A stretch of 64,000 nt of DNA from Microthrixaceae bacterium (GCA_947449015.1 CANFQA010000002.1:13855-77854), one strand, 5' to 3'; positions 9,842 through 20,010 are shown, numbered from the stretch's first letter. A program made the numbers and translations. Notes: generated by a model not told the origin, from the sequence alone.

Positions 9842-10327
9842 ATGATGACAGGTGTTGAGATGGTTGAACCACGAGCTTCCCGCCGACCGGTCGGGCGCAG
9901 CACTGTTATCGGCTCACTGGTACTTGTCCTCGCGCTCTTCGGCCTCACCGGTTGCCAGCAGGACAACACGCCGAAGGAATACGGCACTGTGACCCAGCAG
10001 AACTTCCTTGAGCTGTGCACCAACCACTACTACGACAACACCAACGACACGCTGGCCATTACCGGCAACACCATCGCCGCATCAGTTGAGGCGCCGACGC
10101 CCGAGCAGTGCCAGTGTCAGTACGACGTGTTCGCCACGCAGATGCCGATCAGTGACTTCACGACACTGAACGCCAAGCTCAAGACGAACCCCGACGAAGC
10201 ATGGGGCACCGTGCCGGATTCGATCAAGACTGGCATCTCCACCTGCATGAGCGGCCCAGTCACCACCGAATCAACAACCTCAACGACCGTCGCTGCAACG
10301 GACGCAACGAGCACCGTCGCTCCGTAG
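9842..10327 (+). CDS. Predicted lipoprotein of unknown function
   Basis: Basic N-region, hydrophobic stretch and lipobox LTGC. Four further Cys and a Thr-rich tail. Start uncertain (9842/9845/9860). Confidence 0.7.
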   Translation: MMTGVEMVEPRASRRPVGRSTVIGSLVLVLALFGLTGCQQDNTPKEYGTVTQQNFLELCTNHYYDNTNDTLAITGNTIAASVEAPTPEQCQCQYDVFATQMPISDFTTLNAKLKTNPDEAWGTVPDSIKTGISTCMSGPVTTESTTSTTVAATDATSTVAP

Positions 10328-10380
10328 TCGCAGTCTGCTGTCCGGGTTGAAGTCAGTACCTCGGCGAAGCCCGCGGTCGG

Positions 10381-11580
10381 TCAGGACTTCGCTGCAGGTT
10401 TTTTCTTCTCGGGGAGACCAAGACGAACGACCGGCTCGGCCCAGCCCGGCCAGCGTGAGCGGCTCTTCTCGGCCAGTTTGCGCATCAGCGCGATGGCGCC
10501 TGGATCTTCGTCACCAGGTCGGGCGATGATCGAACCGTCAGCGATCATGCGGCTCATGATCTCGCGACCTAATTCGGTGCGCACGATGGTGAGGGTCCAG
10601 TCGTTGTCCTTGCCGATACCGCCGGTGGAGATGTCAGCGTGCTCAGCGGCGAAATCGGGACAGTAGGTGCAACCCTCGCGTGTCCAGGCATGGCATTCCT
10701 TGAGATTGATCTCGTGGTAGCCGCCATCTTTGGTCCAGATCTGGAACACACCCTTGATGTTCATCTTGGTGATCTCGGCTTTTGGAATGCGGTACTTAGC
10801 CTCGAACAATTCTTCGAAGATGGCATCGTCGAAGGTCTTGGAACACAGCAGGCCGATGTTGAACACGATGGGCTTGCTGATCTTGCCGATCTTGCGTGAC
10901 CACATGATTGGTGGCACCGATGACTGGCAGCTCATACCTACGAGAGCAAGCCGTGAGAGTCCGCGTTCACGCGCCTCGTCAATGGCAAGAGTGTTCGCTG
11001 AATAGGTGTAGCGACTGCCGGCCCCGGCGAGGACCTCTTCACGGTTGGTGGCAACGCCGGGGATGGCCTTCCATGTGGAGGCATCGCCGCCTTCGAGGTA
11101 CGAGGTGAGCGCGCCATCGATGTAGTCGTTGTCCAGCGCCCAAATCAGCAGCGCGGAGACGAGACCGCCGTCTTGTCCCATTCGGTGCACCATGTCATCG
11201 CTGGCCCGGGTGAGCAGAATGTCGCCATGAATGCCGGCGACTTCATCGTCGAGTCGGTTGCGGCCGAACAGGTGCTCATCGGCCTGGGGCTCCCAGAGGC
11301 GGAATCGGGGGCAGGCCCGGGTGCAACTGGTGCAGCCCTTCTGACCATGGCCGCAATCGGCCGGGCCGAGTTCATCTTCGATGTGGAAGGGCTTGTAGCC
11401 GCCAGCCTCGTGGTTATAGCCAATGACGTCGTGAGGGCAGGAGATCACACAGCCTGCGCATCCGGTGCACAGCCCTGAGGTGATGACCTCATCGAACAGT
11501 TCCTTCCACTGGAACGTCCACCGTTCTGATTTGGCAGGGGCGTCGGCGCTGGCTTCGGAGGTGGTGGCATCGGTGCTCAT
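10381..11580 (-). CDS. Coenzyme F420 hydrogenase/dehydrogenase beta subunit family (FrhB/FdhB) with N-terminal ferredoxin-like domain
   Basis: CTGCAGCVISCP and GCTSCTRACP Fe-S motifs, GQDGGLVSALL, AGSRYTYS, VGMSCQ, IGLLCSKTF and CTYCPDFAAEHADISTGG. Confidence 0.88.
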   Translation of the reverse strand: MSTDATTSEASADAPAKSERWTFQWKELFDEVITSGLCTGCAGCVISCPHDVIGYNHEAGGYKPFHIEDELGPADCGHGQKGCTSCTRACPRFRLWEPQADEHLFGRNRLDDEVAGIHGDILLTRASDDMVHRMGQDGGLVSALLIWALDNDYIDGALTSYLEGGDASTWKAIPGVATNREEVLAGAGSRYTYSANTLAIDEARERGLSRLALVGMSCQSSVPPIMWSRKIGKISKPIVFNIGLLCSKTFDDAIFEELFEAKYRIPKAEITKMNIKGVFQIWTKDGGYHEINLKECHAWTREGCTYCPDFAAEHADISTGGIGKDNDWTLTIVRTELGREIMSRMIADGSIIARPGDEDPGAIALMRKLAEKSRSRWPGWAEPVVRLGLPEKKKPAAKS

Positions 11581-11704
11581 CAACACCGAATCTAGGCCAG
11601 TGCGGGGTGCTCGGGTGCCTCCGCAGTAGCCACTGGCGATGGCTGAGGGGGGTTGCTCGGCGCAAAATGGGCGCGGCGGTGGCAGTCGGTGCGACAATAG
11701 GGAC

Positions 11705-12949
11705 ATGGATCTGACCTATCCCGAAGACACCGTTCCATTCCGTGCTGAGGTTCGCGCCTGGCTGGAGGAGAACCTCCCGACGGGGTGGTTCGAACCCGGC
11801 TTCAAGATGTCGGGCGATGAGCGCGCTGCTTGGATCCAGGAATGGACCGAGAAGCTCTTCGGCGGCGGTTGGATCTGCGCGTCCTGGCCAAAGGAGTACG
11901 GCGGCAAGGGACTCACCACGATGGAGGCAGTCGTGGTCAACGAAGAGTTCGCCAAGGCCGGTGCCCCCATGCGCGCCGACTTCTTTGGCGACACCCTTGT
12001 CGGGCCCACGATCCTGCAGTGGGGAACTGAAGAACAGAAGAAGGAATTCCTTCCCAAGATCCTCTCCGGCACCATTGCGTGGTGTCAGGGCTTTAGTGAG
12101 CCCAATGCTGGATCCGATCTCGCGTCACTCAGCACCAAAGCTGTGCTCGATGGTGACGAATGGGTCATCAATGGTCAGAAGATCTGGACAACGCAAGGCT
12201 TCATTGCCGACTACGTGTTCATTCTGTGTCGCACCGATCCCGATGCACCCCAGCACAAGGGCATCTCGTACCTGCTGTGTCCGATGAACCAGCCCGGTGT
12301 TGAGGTTCGTCCCATCCGGCAGGTCGACGGCTCTGCTGAGTTCGCCGAGGTGTTCTTCACCGACGCACGCTGTTCCAAAGAAAACGTTGTCGGCGGTCTC
12401 AACAACGGCTGGTCGGTGGCCATGACCACACTTGGATTTGAGCGCGGCACCTCGGCCACCACTGGTCATCGTCGCTTCGAGACCGAACTCAACCACATCT
12501 TGTCGTTGGCCAAGGCGAATGGCGCCATCAACGATCCGCTGATCCGTCAACGTCTGGCCCACGCGTATTCAAAAGTGCAGATCATGCGCATCAACGGCCT
12601 GCGTTCGCTCGCTGTGGTGCTTAACGGTCGCAAGGACTTCGGTGTCACCGCACTTGGCGCGACCAACAAGATCTTCTGGACCGAGTATCACCAAGAGGTC
12701 ATGAAGCTGGCCATGGACATTCTCGGCCTCGAAGGACAGATCCTGCTTGGCGAGGCGGGCGAAGAAGAGAGCGTCCCCGGCTACGGCCGTCGTGCCGCCG
12801 ACAACAAGTACCCGGCGAATGCATTGCAGTCCTCGTTCTTCTTCAGTCGGTCCGAGACCATCTGGGGTGGCACCTCGCAAATCCAGCGCAACATCGTTGG
12901 CGAACGCGTGCTCGGCCTGCCAAAGGAACCCAAGGTCGCGAAGGCCTGA
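11705..12949 (+). CDS. Acyl-CoA dehydrogenase
   Basis: WCQGFSEPNAGSDLASL, INGQKIWTT, FAEVFF, LGFERG and TIWGGTSQIQRNIVGERVLGLP. Confidence 0.93.
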   Translation: MDLTYPEDTVPFRAEVRAWLEENLPTGWFEPGFKMSGDERAAWIQEWTEKLFGGGWICASWPKEYGGKGLTTMEAVVVNEEFAKAGAPMRADFFGDTLVGPTILQWGTEEQKKEFLPKILSGTIAWCQGFSEPNAGSDLASLSTKAVLDGDEWVINGQKIWTTQGFIADYVFILCRTDPDAPQHKGISYLLCPMNQPGVEVRPIRQVDGSAEFAEVFFTDARCSKENVVGGLNNGWSVAMTTLGFERGTSATTGHRRFETELNHILSLAKANGAINDPLIRQRLAHAYSKVQIMRINGLRSLAVVLNGRKDFGVTALGATNKIFWTEYHQEVMKLAMDILGLEGQILLGEAGEEESVPGYGRRAADNKYPANALQSSFFFSRSETIWGGTSQIQRNIVGERVLGLPKEPKVAKA

Positions 12950-13037
12950 TCACCGTTGCGACCTCGACCAGAGGTTGAACGAAGTTCCCTTGGGGTGATG
13001 GTCGCTCAGAGGACCACCCGACTACCCTCACGGTGTC

Positions 13038-14576
13038 ATGTCTGATGCCAATCCCCCCGTTGGTGACGTCGGTTCCCCGAGGTCGCCCAAGCCACAGTTC
13101 AAGCATGCGAAGCCTGTGGCGAAGTCCAAGCGGGCGTTTCAGGGAGTGGCAGTTCTCGTCGTGATCGCGGTGGTTGCGGTCGCTGCTGCCGCGGGTTACG
13201 GCTGGTACCGATATAGCGAGATCCAACACGCTGACCTATCGCTTGATGCCTCCAGTGGTTCGGTTCAGAACATCCTGATCGTGGGTTCTGACAGTCGGGC
13301 TGCGGTGGACAAGAACGATCCCAACGCGTCGGCGTTTCTCAATGCTCCTGGCGCCAGCAGTGCGGGACAACGATCGGACACGATCATGGTTGCCCGAATC
13401 GATCCGAAGGCCAAGACCGTCGATCTGTTGTCCTTTCCCCGCGACCTCTGGCTCCCGATCGCTCCGTCCGGTTCTCCGGAACGGATCAACACCGCATTTG
13501 CTGATGGCACTGACGCCAGAGATGGCGCGCAACGTCTCATTGACACAATCAAGTTGAACTTCGGAATCAAGATCAACCATTACGTGCAGATCAACTTCAA
13601 GAGCTTTCAGGGTGTTGTTGATGCCGTTGATGGTGTTCCCATGTACTTCGATAAGGCAGTGCGCGACACAAACTCGGGCCTGTATCAGTACGACCTCGGA
13701 TGTGTGAAGCTCAATGGAGAGCAGGGTCTCGCATACGCGCGATCGCGTCATCTCGAATATCTGAACGCAAAAAAGCAATGGATTGATGACCCCACTGGCG
13801 ACCTTGGTCGAATTAATCGTCAGACGTATTTCTTGCGCACGGTGCTTGACCGCGCCCAGGCCAAGTTCGGATCCTTCGACATCAAAGCCATCAACGGCAT
13901 TTTGTCCTCCACCGCAAACAACCTCCTCCTCGACAAGGGATTCGGTGTCAGCCAGTTGGTGAGCCTCGCAAAGTCATTTAAGGGATTTTCCGGCGAGCAG
14001 ATTCAGTCGCATGCACTTCCGGTGTACCCCGATATGACCAATGGTGGGGCCAGCATCCTCCGACTCGACGCACTGGCCGCAGAGGACATCCTCAATGTGT
14101 TCCGCGGAATGCCTGCCGGCACTGTGCTGCCATCTTCGGTCACCCTCGGTGTGAGCGGGGCAAGCGGAGTATCCGGACAATCGGCGTCGGTGGTCAGCCG
14201 TCTGAACGCGCTCGGCTATCACGCGTCGGCCGCCGGTGACATCAGTAAGCAGACACGCACCGTTGTCCGTTACGCCCCGGGTTACCGAGCACAAGCCGAT
14301 CTGGTGTCTCGACAACTGAGCGCGGGTGCGGATCTGAAGGAAGACACCTCACTGGCGAAGTCGAAGACACCGGTGATCCTCGTGGTCGGACAGGACTACA
14401 CCGACGCACTCGACAAAGCAGCGCCGCCCACCACGACCATGGCTCCGTCCACCACGCTTGGGTCCGGTTCATCAACCTCCACCACATCGACGACCACTCC
14501 GCCCCGCTCTGGAGAGGTCACCGAATTGGTTGGGGTGCTCGTGGGCAAACCTCCCGCCGGCACGGTCTGCAACTGA
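13038..14576 (+). CDS. LCP (LytR-CpsA-Psr) family glycopolymer ligase with C-terminal LytR_C-like domain
   Basis: Single TM anchor, NILIVGSDSR, RSDTIMV, SFPRDL, RINTAF, LAYARSRH and DLGRINRQ. C-terminal VILVVGQDY followed by a Thr/Ser-rich tail. Confidence 0.92.
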   Translation: MSDANPPVGDVGSPRSPKPQFKHAKPVAKSKRAFQGVAVLVVIAVVAVAAAAGYGWYRYSEIQHADLSLDASSGSVQNILIVGSDSRAAVDKNDPNASAFLNAPGASSAGQRSDTIMVARIDPKAKTVDLLSFPRDLWLPIAPSGSPERINTAFADGTDARDGAQRLIDTIKLNFGIKINHYVQINFKSFQGVVDAVDGVPMYFDKAVRDTNSGLYQYDLGCVKLNGEQGLAYARSRHLEYLNAKKQWIDDPTGDLGRINRQTYFLRTVLDRAQAKFGSFDIKAINGILSSTANNLLLDKGFGVSQLVSLAKSFKGFSGEQIQSHALPVYPDMTNGGASILRLDALAAEDILNVFRGMPAGTVLPSSVTLGVSGASGVSGQSASVVSRLNALGYHASAAGDISKQTRTVVRYAPGYRAQADLVSRQLSAGADLKEDTSLAKSKTPVILVVGQDYTDALDKAAPPTTTMAPSTTLGSGSSTSTTSTTTPPRSGEVTELVGVLVGKPPAGTVCN

Positions 14577-14581
14577 TTTCG

Positions 14582-16045
14582 GTGCTCCTTCACGAGGTCA
14601 TCGGACAGGTCGCAGGTACCGATCCGGATTCCGTCGCACTGATCGACGGAGACCGCAGCTTTACGTTCGCCGATCTGCACCAACGCATTGCCTGCTCCAT
14701 CGGAGTCATTTCCTCGCAGATGCGGCCCGGTGACCGTGTGGCAGTCATCGGCGCCAATCACCATGGATGGGTTGATCTCTATTACGCGGTGCCAGCTGCC
14801 GGATGCGTGCTGGTCTTCCTGAATCACCGGTTGTCTGCTGTGGAGATCGAGGAACTGATTGCTCGCAGTGGTGCGTCGATGATCATCGGTGACCGCGCCC
14901 AGCTCGATCGAATCGACCACCGTTTGCCGGTGTCATATGACTGGGATGAGTGGGAGAACGTGCTCGTAGCGGCAGTGCCGACCGCACCGTTGGCAACCGA
15001 TGCCGATGCGCTCGCATGGCTGCTGTTCACCAGCGGGACCACTGCCGCTCCCAAGGGGGCGATGCTCACTCATCGCAATGTGTTGGCCGCGGTTGCGGCA
15101 AGTACCGCTGCTCGTCCGGTCGACGTCGACGATGTCTACGTGTTCCCGTTCCCGTTATGTCATGTGGCTGGGTACAACCTGGTACATCGTCATTCGAGCG
15201 GCCGTCCGGTTGTGCTGGTGGACCGGTTCGATGCGGCTGGGTTTTGCGACGCGGTGAAACGCTCGCAGGTCACCTCGACCTCATTGGCGGCCACGATGGT
15301 GGCCAGTCTCCTCGATCATCTTGAACAACATCCCGATGACGTGGAAAAACTTGCGACACTGCGGTCAGTTGCCTACGGAGCGTCGCCGATGTCAGCCACG
15401 CTGCTACGACGCACCCATGCGCTGCTGGGTGTTGATTTTGCGCAGGGCTATGGCATGACTGAGCTCGCCGGCAACGCCGTGTTTCTCGATGCTGATGCGC
15501 ACCGCCGGGGACTTGCTGGCGACGATGAAATCCTGCGCGCGGCTGGAAAGCCGGCGCCGGGGGTTGAAATCCGACTCGCTGCTGATGGGGAAATTCTGGT
15601 GCGGGCCGATCAGGTCATGGCTGGATACTGGAATGACAATGAAGCCACCCGCGAGGCGCTGCAGGACGGCTGGTTGCGAACTGGCGACATCGGTCGCTTC
15701 GATGCCAGCGGCCTTCTTCATATCGTTGATCGCAGTAAGGACATCATCATCACCGGCGGTGAGAATGTGTCCTCTCGTGAGGTCGAAGATGTGCTCATTG
15801 CTGCCGACGGCGTTGACCGGGTCGCGGTGGTGGGTGTCGCTGATCTGCACTGGGGTGAGATGGTGTGTGCGGTAGTTGTGGCACGCGATGCAAAGACGTT
15901 CGACGAAACGGCCATGTTGGTTCACGCCCGCGCACAGTTGGCTGGCTTCAAGATCCCAAAGCGGGTCGTGCTCGTTGATGAGTTGCCCGTAAATGCGTCA
16001 GGAAAGGTTCGTAAAAACGAACTCCGAATGCTGCTCCAGCGCTGA
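14582..16045 (+). CDS. AMP-binding acyl-CoA synthetase (fatty-acid--CoA ligase)
   Basis: FTSGTTAAPKG, QGYGMTE, WLRTGDIG, DRSKDIIITGGENV and NASGKVRK. Confidence 0.92.
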   Translation: MLLHEVIGQVAGTDPDSVALIDGDRSFTFADLHQRIACSIGVISSQMRPGDRVAVIGANHHGWVDLYYAVPAAGCVLVFLNHRLSAVEIEELIARSGASMIIGDRAQLDRIDHRLPVSYDWDEWENVLVAAVPTAPLATDADALAWLLFTSGTTAAPKGAMLTHRNVLAAVAASTAARPVDVDDVYVFPFPLCHVAGYNLVHRHSSGRPVVLVDRFDAAGFCDAVKRSQVTSTSLAATMVASLLDHLEQHPDDVEKLATLRSVAYGASPMSATLLRRTHALLGVDFAQGYGMTELAGNAVFLDADAHRRGLAGDDEILRAAGKPAPGVEIRLAADGEILVRADQVMAGYWNDNEATREALQDGWLRTGDIGRFDASGLLHIVDRSKDIIITGGENVSSREVEDVLIAADGVDRVAVVGVADLHWGEMVCAVVVARDAKTFDETAMLVHARAQLAGFKIPKRVVLVDELPVNASGKVRKNELRMLLQR

Positions 16046-16134
16046 GGTACTCCCAGGGCATGACCGCGGGTCCACGGAGCAACTGAGTGACAACAAACTT
16101 TGCACTCCCAAAAAATGAATGGTATCCATGCGCT

Positions 16135-16788
16135 GTGGCTCCAATTCTGAACCCCTCGCCTGAAAGTAAGTCCGCCAAACGAATTCTCGACGCCGCAGTT
16201 CAGATCTGCGTTGAATCGGGAGAAGCGTCGCTGAGAATCGCCGATGTCATGGAACGCGCTGGTGTCCAGGCGCCGATGATCTACCGGCATTTCGGAGATC
16301 GCGAGGGTCTTGTGCAATCTGCGCAGCTTGCTCGCGGCCTGAGCGTGATGAACGAGGTGCTCGTTGAGTTCGCTGAAGCGATTGCACTGGCAACTGACAC
16401 AGATTCGGTCCGTGGATGTGTCGTGATGTTAATGGAGGGGATCGGAGGTGCCGATCAGATCGGCATCCGCCGGGGACGCATCGAGGTGCTCGGCGCAGCC
16501 ATCACCCGGCCAGACCTTCTTGAACAACTTCGAGCCAATCGAACCCGAATTTTCGAACTCTTGTTGGTGGCGGTTACTCGGGTGCAGGCCAATGGCTTCG
16601 TCCGCAGCGACCTTGATGCCGCCGTGTTCGTTGAATGGGCGATGGGAGCATCAATGGGTCTGGGATCACTTGAACAGGTCAGCAACCTGCCCCAGATTCG
16701 CGAAGCTTGGATGACCATGCAGCTGCAGTGCGTCAATGCGCTGCTGTTCGGTGATCAGATCGGCGTCTCCCCGCAACTCCAGGGCTGA
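16135..16788 (+). CDS. TetR/AcrR family transcriptional regulator
   Basis: ILDAAV...LRIADVMERAGVQAPMIYRHFGDREGL HTH. Start uncertain (16087 or GTG 16135); the latter follows TTGCAC-17-TATCCA. Confidence 0.85.
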   Translation: MAPILNPSPESKSAKRILDAAVQICVESGEASLRIADVMERAGVQAPMIYRHFGDREGLVQSAQLARGLSVMNEVLVEFAEAIALATDTDSVRGCVVMLMEGIGGADQIGIRRGRIEVLGAAITRPDLLEQLRANRTRIFELLLVAVTRVQANGFVRSDLDAAVFVEWAMGASMGLGSLEQVSNLPQIREAWMTMQLQCVNALLFGDQIGVSPQLQG

Positions 16789-16804
16789 CGCTCGACATCT
16801 TCTG

Positions 16805-16876
16805 TGCCCTCGGGGCGATTCGAACGCCCGCACACGCCTCCGGAGGGCGATGCTCTATCCCCTGAGCTACGAGGGC
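16805..16876 (-). tRNA. tRNA-Arg(CCG), CCA not encoded
   Basis: Reverse complement folds as acceptor GCCCTCG/CGAGGGC, D arm GCTC...GAGC, anticodon loop CTCCGGA and T arm GGGCG-TTCGAAT-CGCCC; 72 nt. Confidence 0.93.
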
Positions 16877-16930
16877 GGGGGAGCCAAGACTAGCCGCAGC
16901 CGCCGATGGCGCCGATGGTGCTCGCCGATG

Positions 16931-18283
16931 TCACTGGTGATCAATACCGACCGCGCTCAACTTTGATCGGAACTCGGCGTAGCCGCGGTCAAGGAGATCT
17001 ACGCCGTGGATCAGGCTTTCGCCCTCGGCTGCAGCAGCGGCAATGACGTACGAGAAGCCGGCACGTAGATCGGGGACAACCAGTTCCGCGCCGTGGAGTC
17101 GGGTGGGGCCCACCACAACCGCGGAATGACGGTGATTGGCGGCGCCAAACCGACAACGTGTGGGGCCAAGGCATTCGGTGAACACCTGAATCTGGGCGCC
17201 GAGACTACGCAGGGCGTCGGTGTACCCGAGGCGGTCCTCATAGACGGTTTCATGGATGACGCTCACGCCGTCGGCCTGGGTGAGAGCAGTGACGAACGGT
17301 GACTGCCAGTCGGTCATGAACCCGGGGTGCACGTCAGTCTCAAGGGCCAGCGGGCGCAACATGCGGCGGGCCCGGCGAAACGAGATGGTGTCGCCGTCGG
17401 CGTTGATGGTGAAATCGCCGCCGGCCCGGCGGTACACGTTGAGGAAGGTAGCCAGTTCAGACTGCTGCACGCCTTGCACCGTGATTTTGCCGCCAGTGGC
17501 GAGCGCAAGCGAGGCCCAGGACGCCGCTTCAAGTCGATCGCCAATGACTCGATGTTCGAAACCGCCGAGCTCGGTGACTCCGGTGACTCGGATGGTTCGG
17601 TTGGGCTCGACGGAGATCAATGCGCCCATCTTCTGCAGCACGCTGATGAGATCGAGAATCTCGGGTTCAATGGCGGCATTGGCGAGTTCGGAGTCGCCCT
17701 CGGCAAGCACGGATGCAAACAGGAACTGTTCGGTCGCACCGACGCTGGGGAAGGGGAGTTCGATACGGGCACCGCGCATGTGCTCGGCATGCAGCTCGAT
17801 GACGTCATCGTGGTGGTTATCTCGGGCACCAAAGGCACGCAGCACATTGAGATGGAAATCCACTGGCCGCGGACCGATGGAGCATCCACCCGGCGCAGCC
17901 ACGACAGCATGGCCGGTGCGATGCAGCGAAACGGCGGTGGTGAGCACCGGGATGCGGCTGGATGCGTGCAGCCGCATGACGTCGGCCTCGCCAAGCGCCG
18001 TGAATGCATCTGCGGTGATGGTGACTGATTCGGCATCGCGCACGACAGTGCCGCCGGCGATGCGGATGAGTTCGTCGACGACATCGATATCGGTGATCTC
18101 GGCGATGTTGGTTAGCCGGCAGGTCTCGGTGGTGAGCAGAGCGGCAACCATGGCCTTGGGGAGCGCGTTCTTCGACCCCCGGATCGCGATGTGGCCCTCA
18201 ACGGGAACTCCGCCGCGCACCATGATGGTGTCGGATCGGGGTGTGATCGGTGCGTTGCTCGGAGCATCGGTGGAGGCAGACAT
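16931..18283 (-). CDS. murA: UDP-N-acetylglucosamine 1-carboxyvinyltransferase
   Basis: GSKNAL, PGGCSIGPRPVDFH, PSVGATE, AIEPEI, DRLEAAS, HPGFMTD, ETVYEDR and PDLRAG. Confidence 0.93.
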   Translation of the reverse strand: MSASTDAPSNAPITPRSDTIMVRGGVPVEGHIAIRGSKNALPKAMVAALLTTETCRLTNIAEITDIDVVDELIRIAGGTVVRDAESVTITADAFTALGEADVMRLHASSRIPVLTTAVSLHRTGHAVVAAPGGCSIGPRPVDFHLNVLRAFGARDNHHDDVIELHAEHMRGARIELPFPSVGATEQFLFASVLAEGDSELANAAIEPEILDLISVLQKMGALISVEPNRTIRVTGVTELGGFEHRVIGDRLEAASWASLALATGGKITVQGVQQSELATFLNVYRRAGGDFTINADGDTISFRRARRMLRPLALETDVHPGFMTDWQSPFVTALTQADGVSVIHETVYEDRLGYTDALRSLGAQIQVFTECLGPTRCRFGAANHRHSAVVVGPTRLHGAELVVPDLRAGFSYVIAAAAAEGESLIHGVDLLDRGYAEFRSKLSAVGIDHQ

Positions 18284-18374
18284 GACCTCGTGATGCTAGG
18301 GCCGCCAGGGGTGTGACCGCACGAGCCCCAGCCGTTCATGGGGTGGAAGGTAGGGTTCGAGGACCCCAATCGAT

Positions 18375-20003
18375 GTGTCATCCACCGGAGCGTCCCCTTC
18401 CGTGATCCGCGATCAACTCGCCGCCGTTCTCATGAACACCCTCTCGGTCCTCGAGATCGATCCGCTTCCCGAATCGATCAACCTCGAGCGTCCGGCCCGG
18501 CGCGAGCATGGTGATTGGTCCTCCAATGTGGCTCTGGCCACCGCCAAGCGAGCGGGCTGGAACCCACGGGAACTTGCCGGGCGCATCGCAGAGATCCTGA
18601 ACGCACAGCTCCCACCCCACGTTCTCGCGGTCGAGATTGCAGGGCCGGGATTCGTGAACTTCCGTCTGGCTGATTCATGGCTGCACGATGTGCTCGACGA
18701 TGTGCTTGCCGCCGGTGTCGACGGGTACGCCTCCTCGTCAATCGGAGTTGGTACCAAGGTGCTTGTGGAGTTTGTGAGCGCCAATCCCACCGGGCCGCTT
18801 CATGCCGGCCATGGTCGCGGTGCGGCCTATGGCGATTCGCTCGCTCGCATTTTGGCGCGTTGTGGTTATGAGGTCTCCCGGGAGAACTACCTCAACGACC
18901 GCGGCACCCAGATGCAGTTGTTCGTGGCATCGCTCGCAGCTCGCCAGCGCGGTGATGATGTTCCCGAAGGTGGGTATCAGGGGCAGTACATCGTCGACTG
19001 GGCCGCTGAAGTTCCTGAGGGAGCGGACCTCATGGAGTGGGGCGAGGCACGGGCAGTGGCCGATCATCGCGAAACCCTGACGCGAATGAACGTCGAGTTC
19101 GACTCTTGGTTCAGTGAGCGTTCCATGGTTGATTCCGGAGCTATCGAGATTACCTTGGCCGATCTTCGCGAGCGCGGTGTCGTGTACGACCACGAAGGTG
19201 CGGTGTGGCTCCGCTCCACCGATCATGGAGACGATAAGGACCGCGTTCTCATCAAGAGTGACGGCGAGTTCACCTATCTGTTGCCCGATATCGCCTATCA
19301 CCGCAACAAATTCACCCGCGGGTTCGATCTGCTCATCGACGTCTGGGGTGCTGACCATCACGGGTATGTCCCGCGTATGAAGGCCGCCATGCAGTCGCTT
19401 GGGCATGATCCTGCCGAACTCGAATGCGTCATCATTCAGCTGGTCAACCTTTTGAAGGGCGGCGAGCCAGTGCGTTTCTCCAAGCGAGCCGGCGACATCG
19501 TTGAACTCTCCGAGGTACTTGATGAGGTTGGCGCAGATTCGGCCCGTCTCACCTACCTGTTGCAGTCAGTCGATTCCACACAAACCTTTGACTACGACAT
19601 CGTCAAGAGCCGAGCCATGGACAATCCGGTGTTCTACGTCCAGATGGCCTACGCACGCCTTCGTTCGATCTTCCGGGTCGCCGAGGAGCGCGGCGTGATT
19701 GTGCTCGACGATGTGGATAGCTCGCTTCTCGTGCACGAACGCGAGCTTGAGATCCTGCGTGCATTGTCTGAGCTCCCCGACACCGTGGCTACGGCAGCGA
19801 CTGATCGCGCCCCGCATCGCATTGCCACATGGGTGCGCGAACTTGCCGGCGCAGTGCACGGCTTCTACCACGACTGTTATGTCATGGGCGATGGCATCTC
19901 GGCAGAACTCACCCAAGCCCGACTCCGACTCGCTGAGTCGGCATCGATCGGATTGGCCATCGGCCTTGACCTTCTCGGTGTCAGCGCACCCGACCAGATG
20001 TGA
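18375..20003 (+). CDS. argS: Arginine--tRNA ligase
   Basis: GDWSSNVA, AGPGFVNF, EFVSANPTGPLHAGHGRG (HIGH), WGADHHGY and YVQMAYAR. Confidence 0.97.
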   Translation: MSSTGASPSVIRDQLAAVLMNTLSVLEIDPLPESINLERPARREHGDWSSNVALATAKRAGWNPRELAGRIAEILNAQLPPHVLAVEIAGPGFVNFRLADSWLHDVLDDVLAAGVDGYASSSIGVGTKVLVEFVSANPTGPLHAGHGRGAAYGDSLARILARCGYEVSRENYLNDRGTQMQLFVASLAARQRGDDVPEGGYQGQYIVDWAAEVPEGADLMEWGEARAVADHRETLTRMNVEFDSWFSERSMVDSGAIEITLADLRERGVVYDHEGAVWLRSTDHGDDKDRVLIKSDGEFTYLLPDIAYHRNKFTRGFDLLIDVWGADHHGYVPRMKAAMQSLGHDPAELECVIIQLVNLLKGGEPVRFSKRAGDIVELSEVLDEVGADSARLTYLLQSVDSTQTFDYDIVKSRAMDNPVFYVQMAYARLRSIFRVAEERGVIVLDDVDSSLLVHERELEILRALSELPDTVATAATDRAPHRIATWVRELAGAVHGFYHDCYVMGDGISAELTQARLRLAESASIGLAIGLDLLGVSAPDQM

Positions 20004-20010
20004 GCCGACC

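Noticed and set aside
12950-16804. Possible genomic island integrated at the 3' end of tRNA-Arg(CCG) (LCP, acyl-CoA synthetase, TetR)
   Set aside because: I found no second copy of the tRNA 3' end and no integrase, and the genes are ordinary actinobacterial types. A slight AT shift near the TetR start is not enough.
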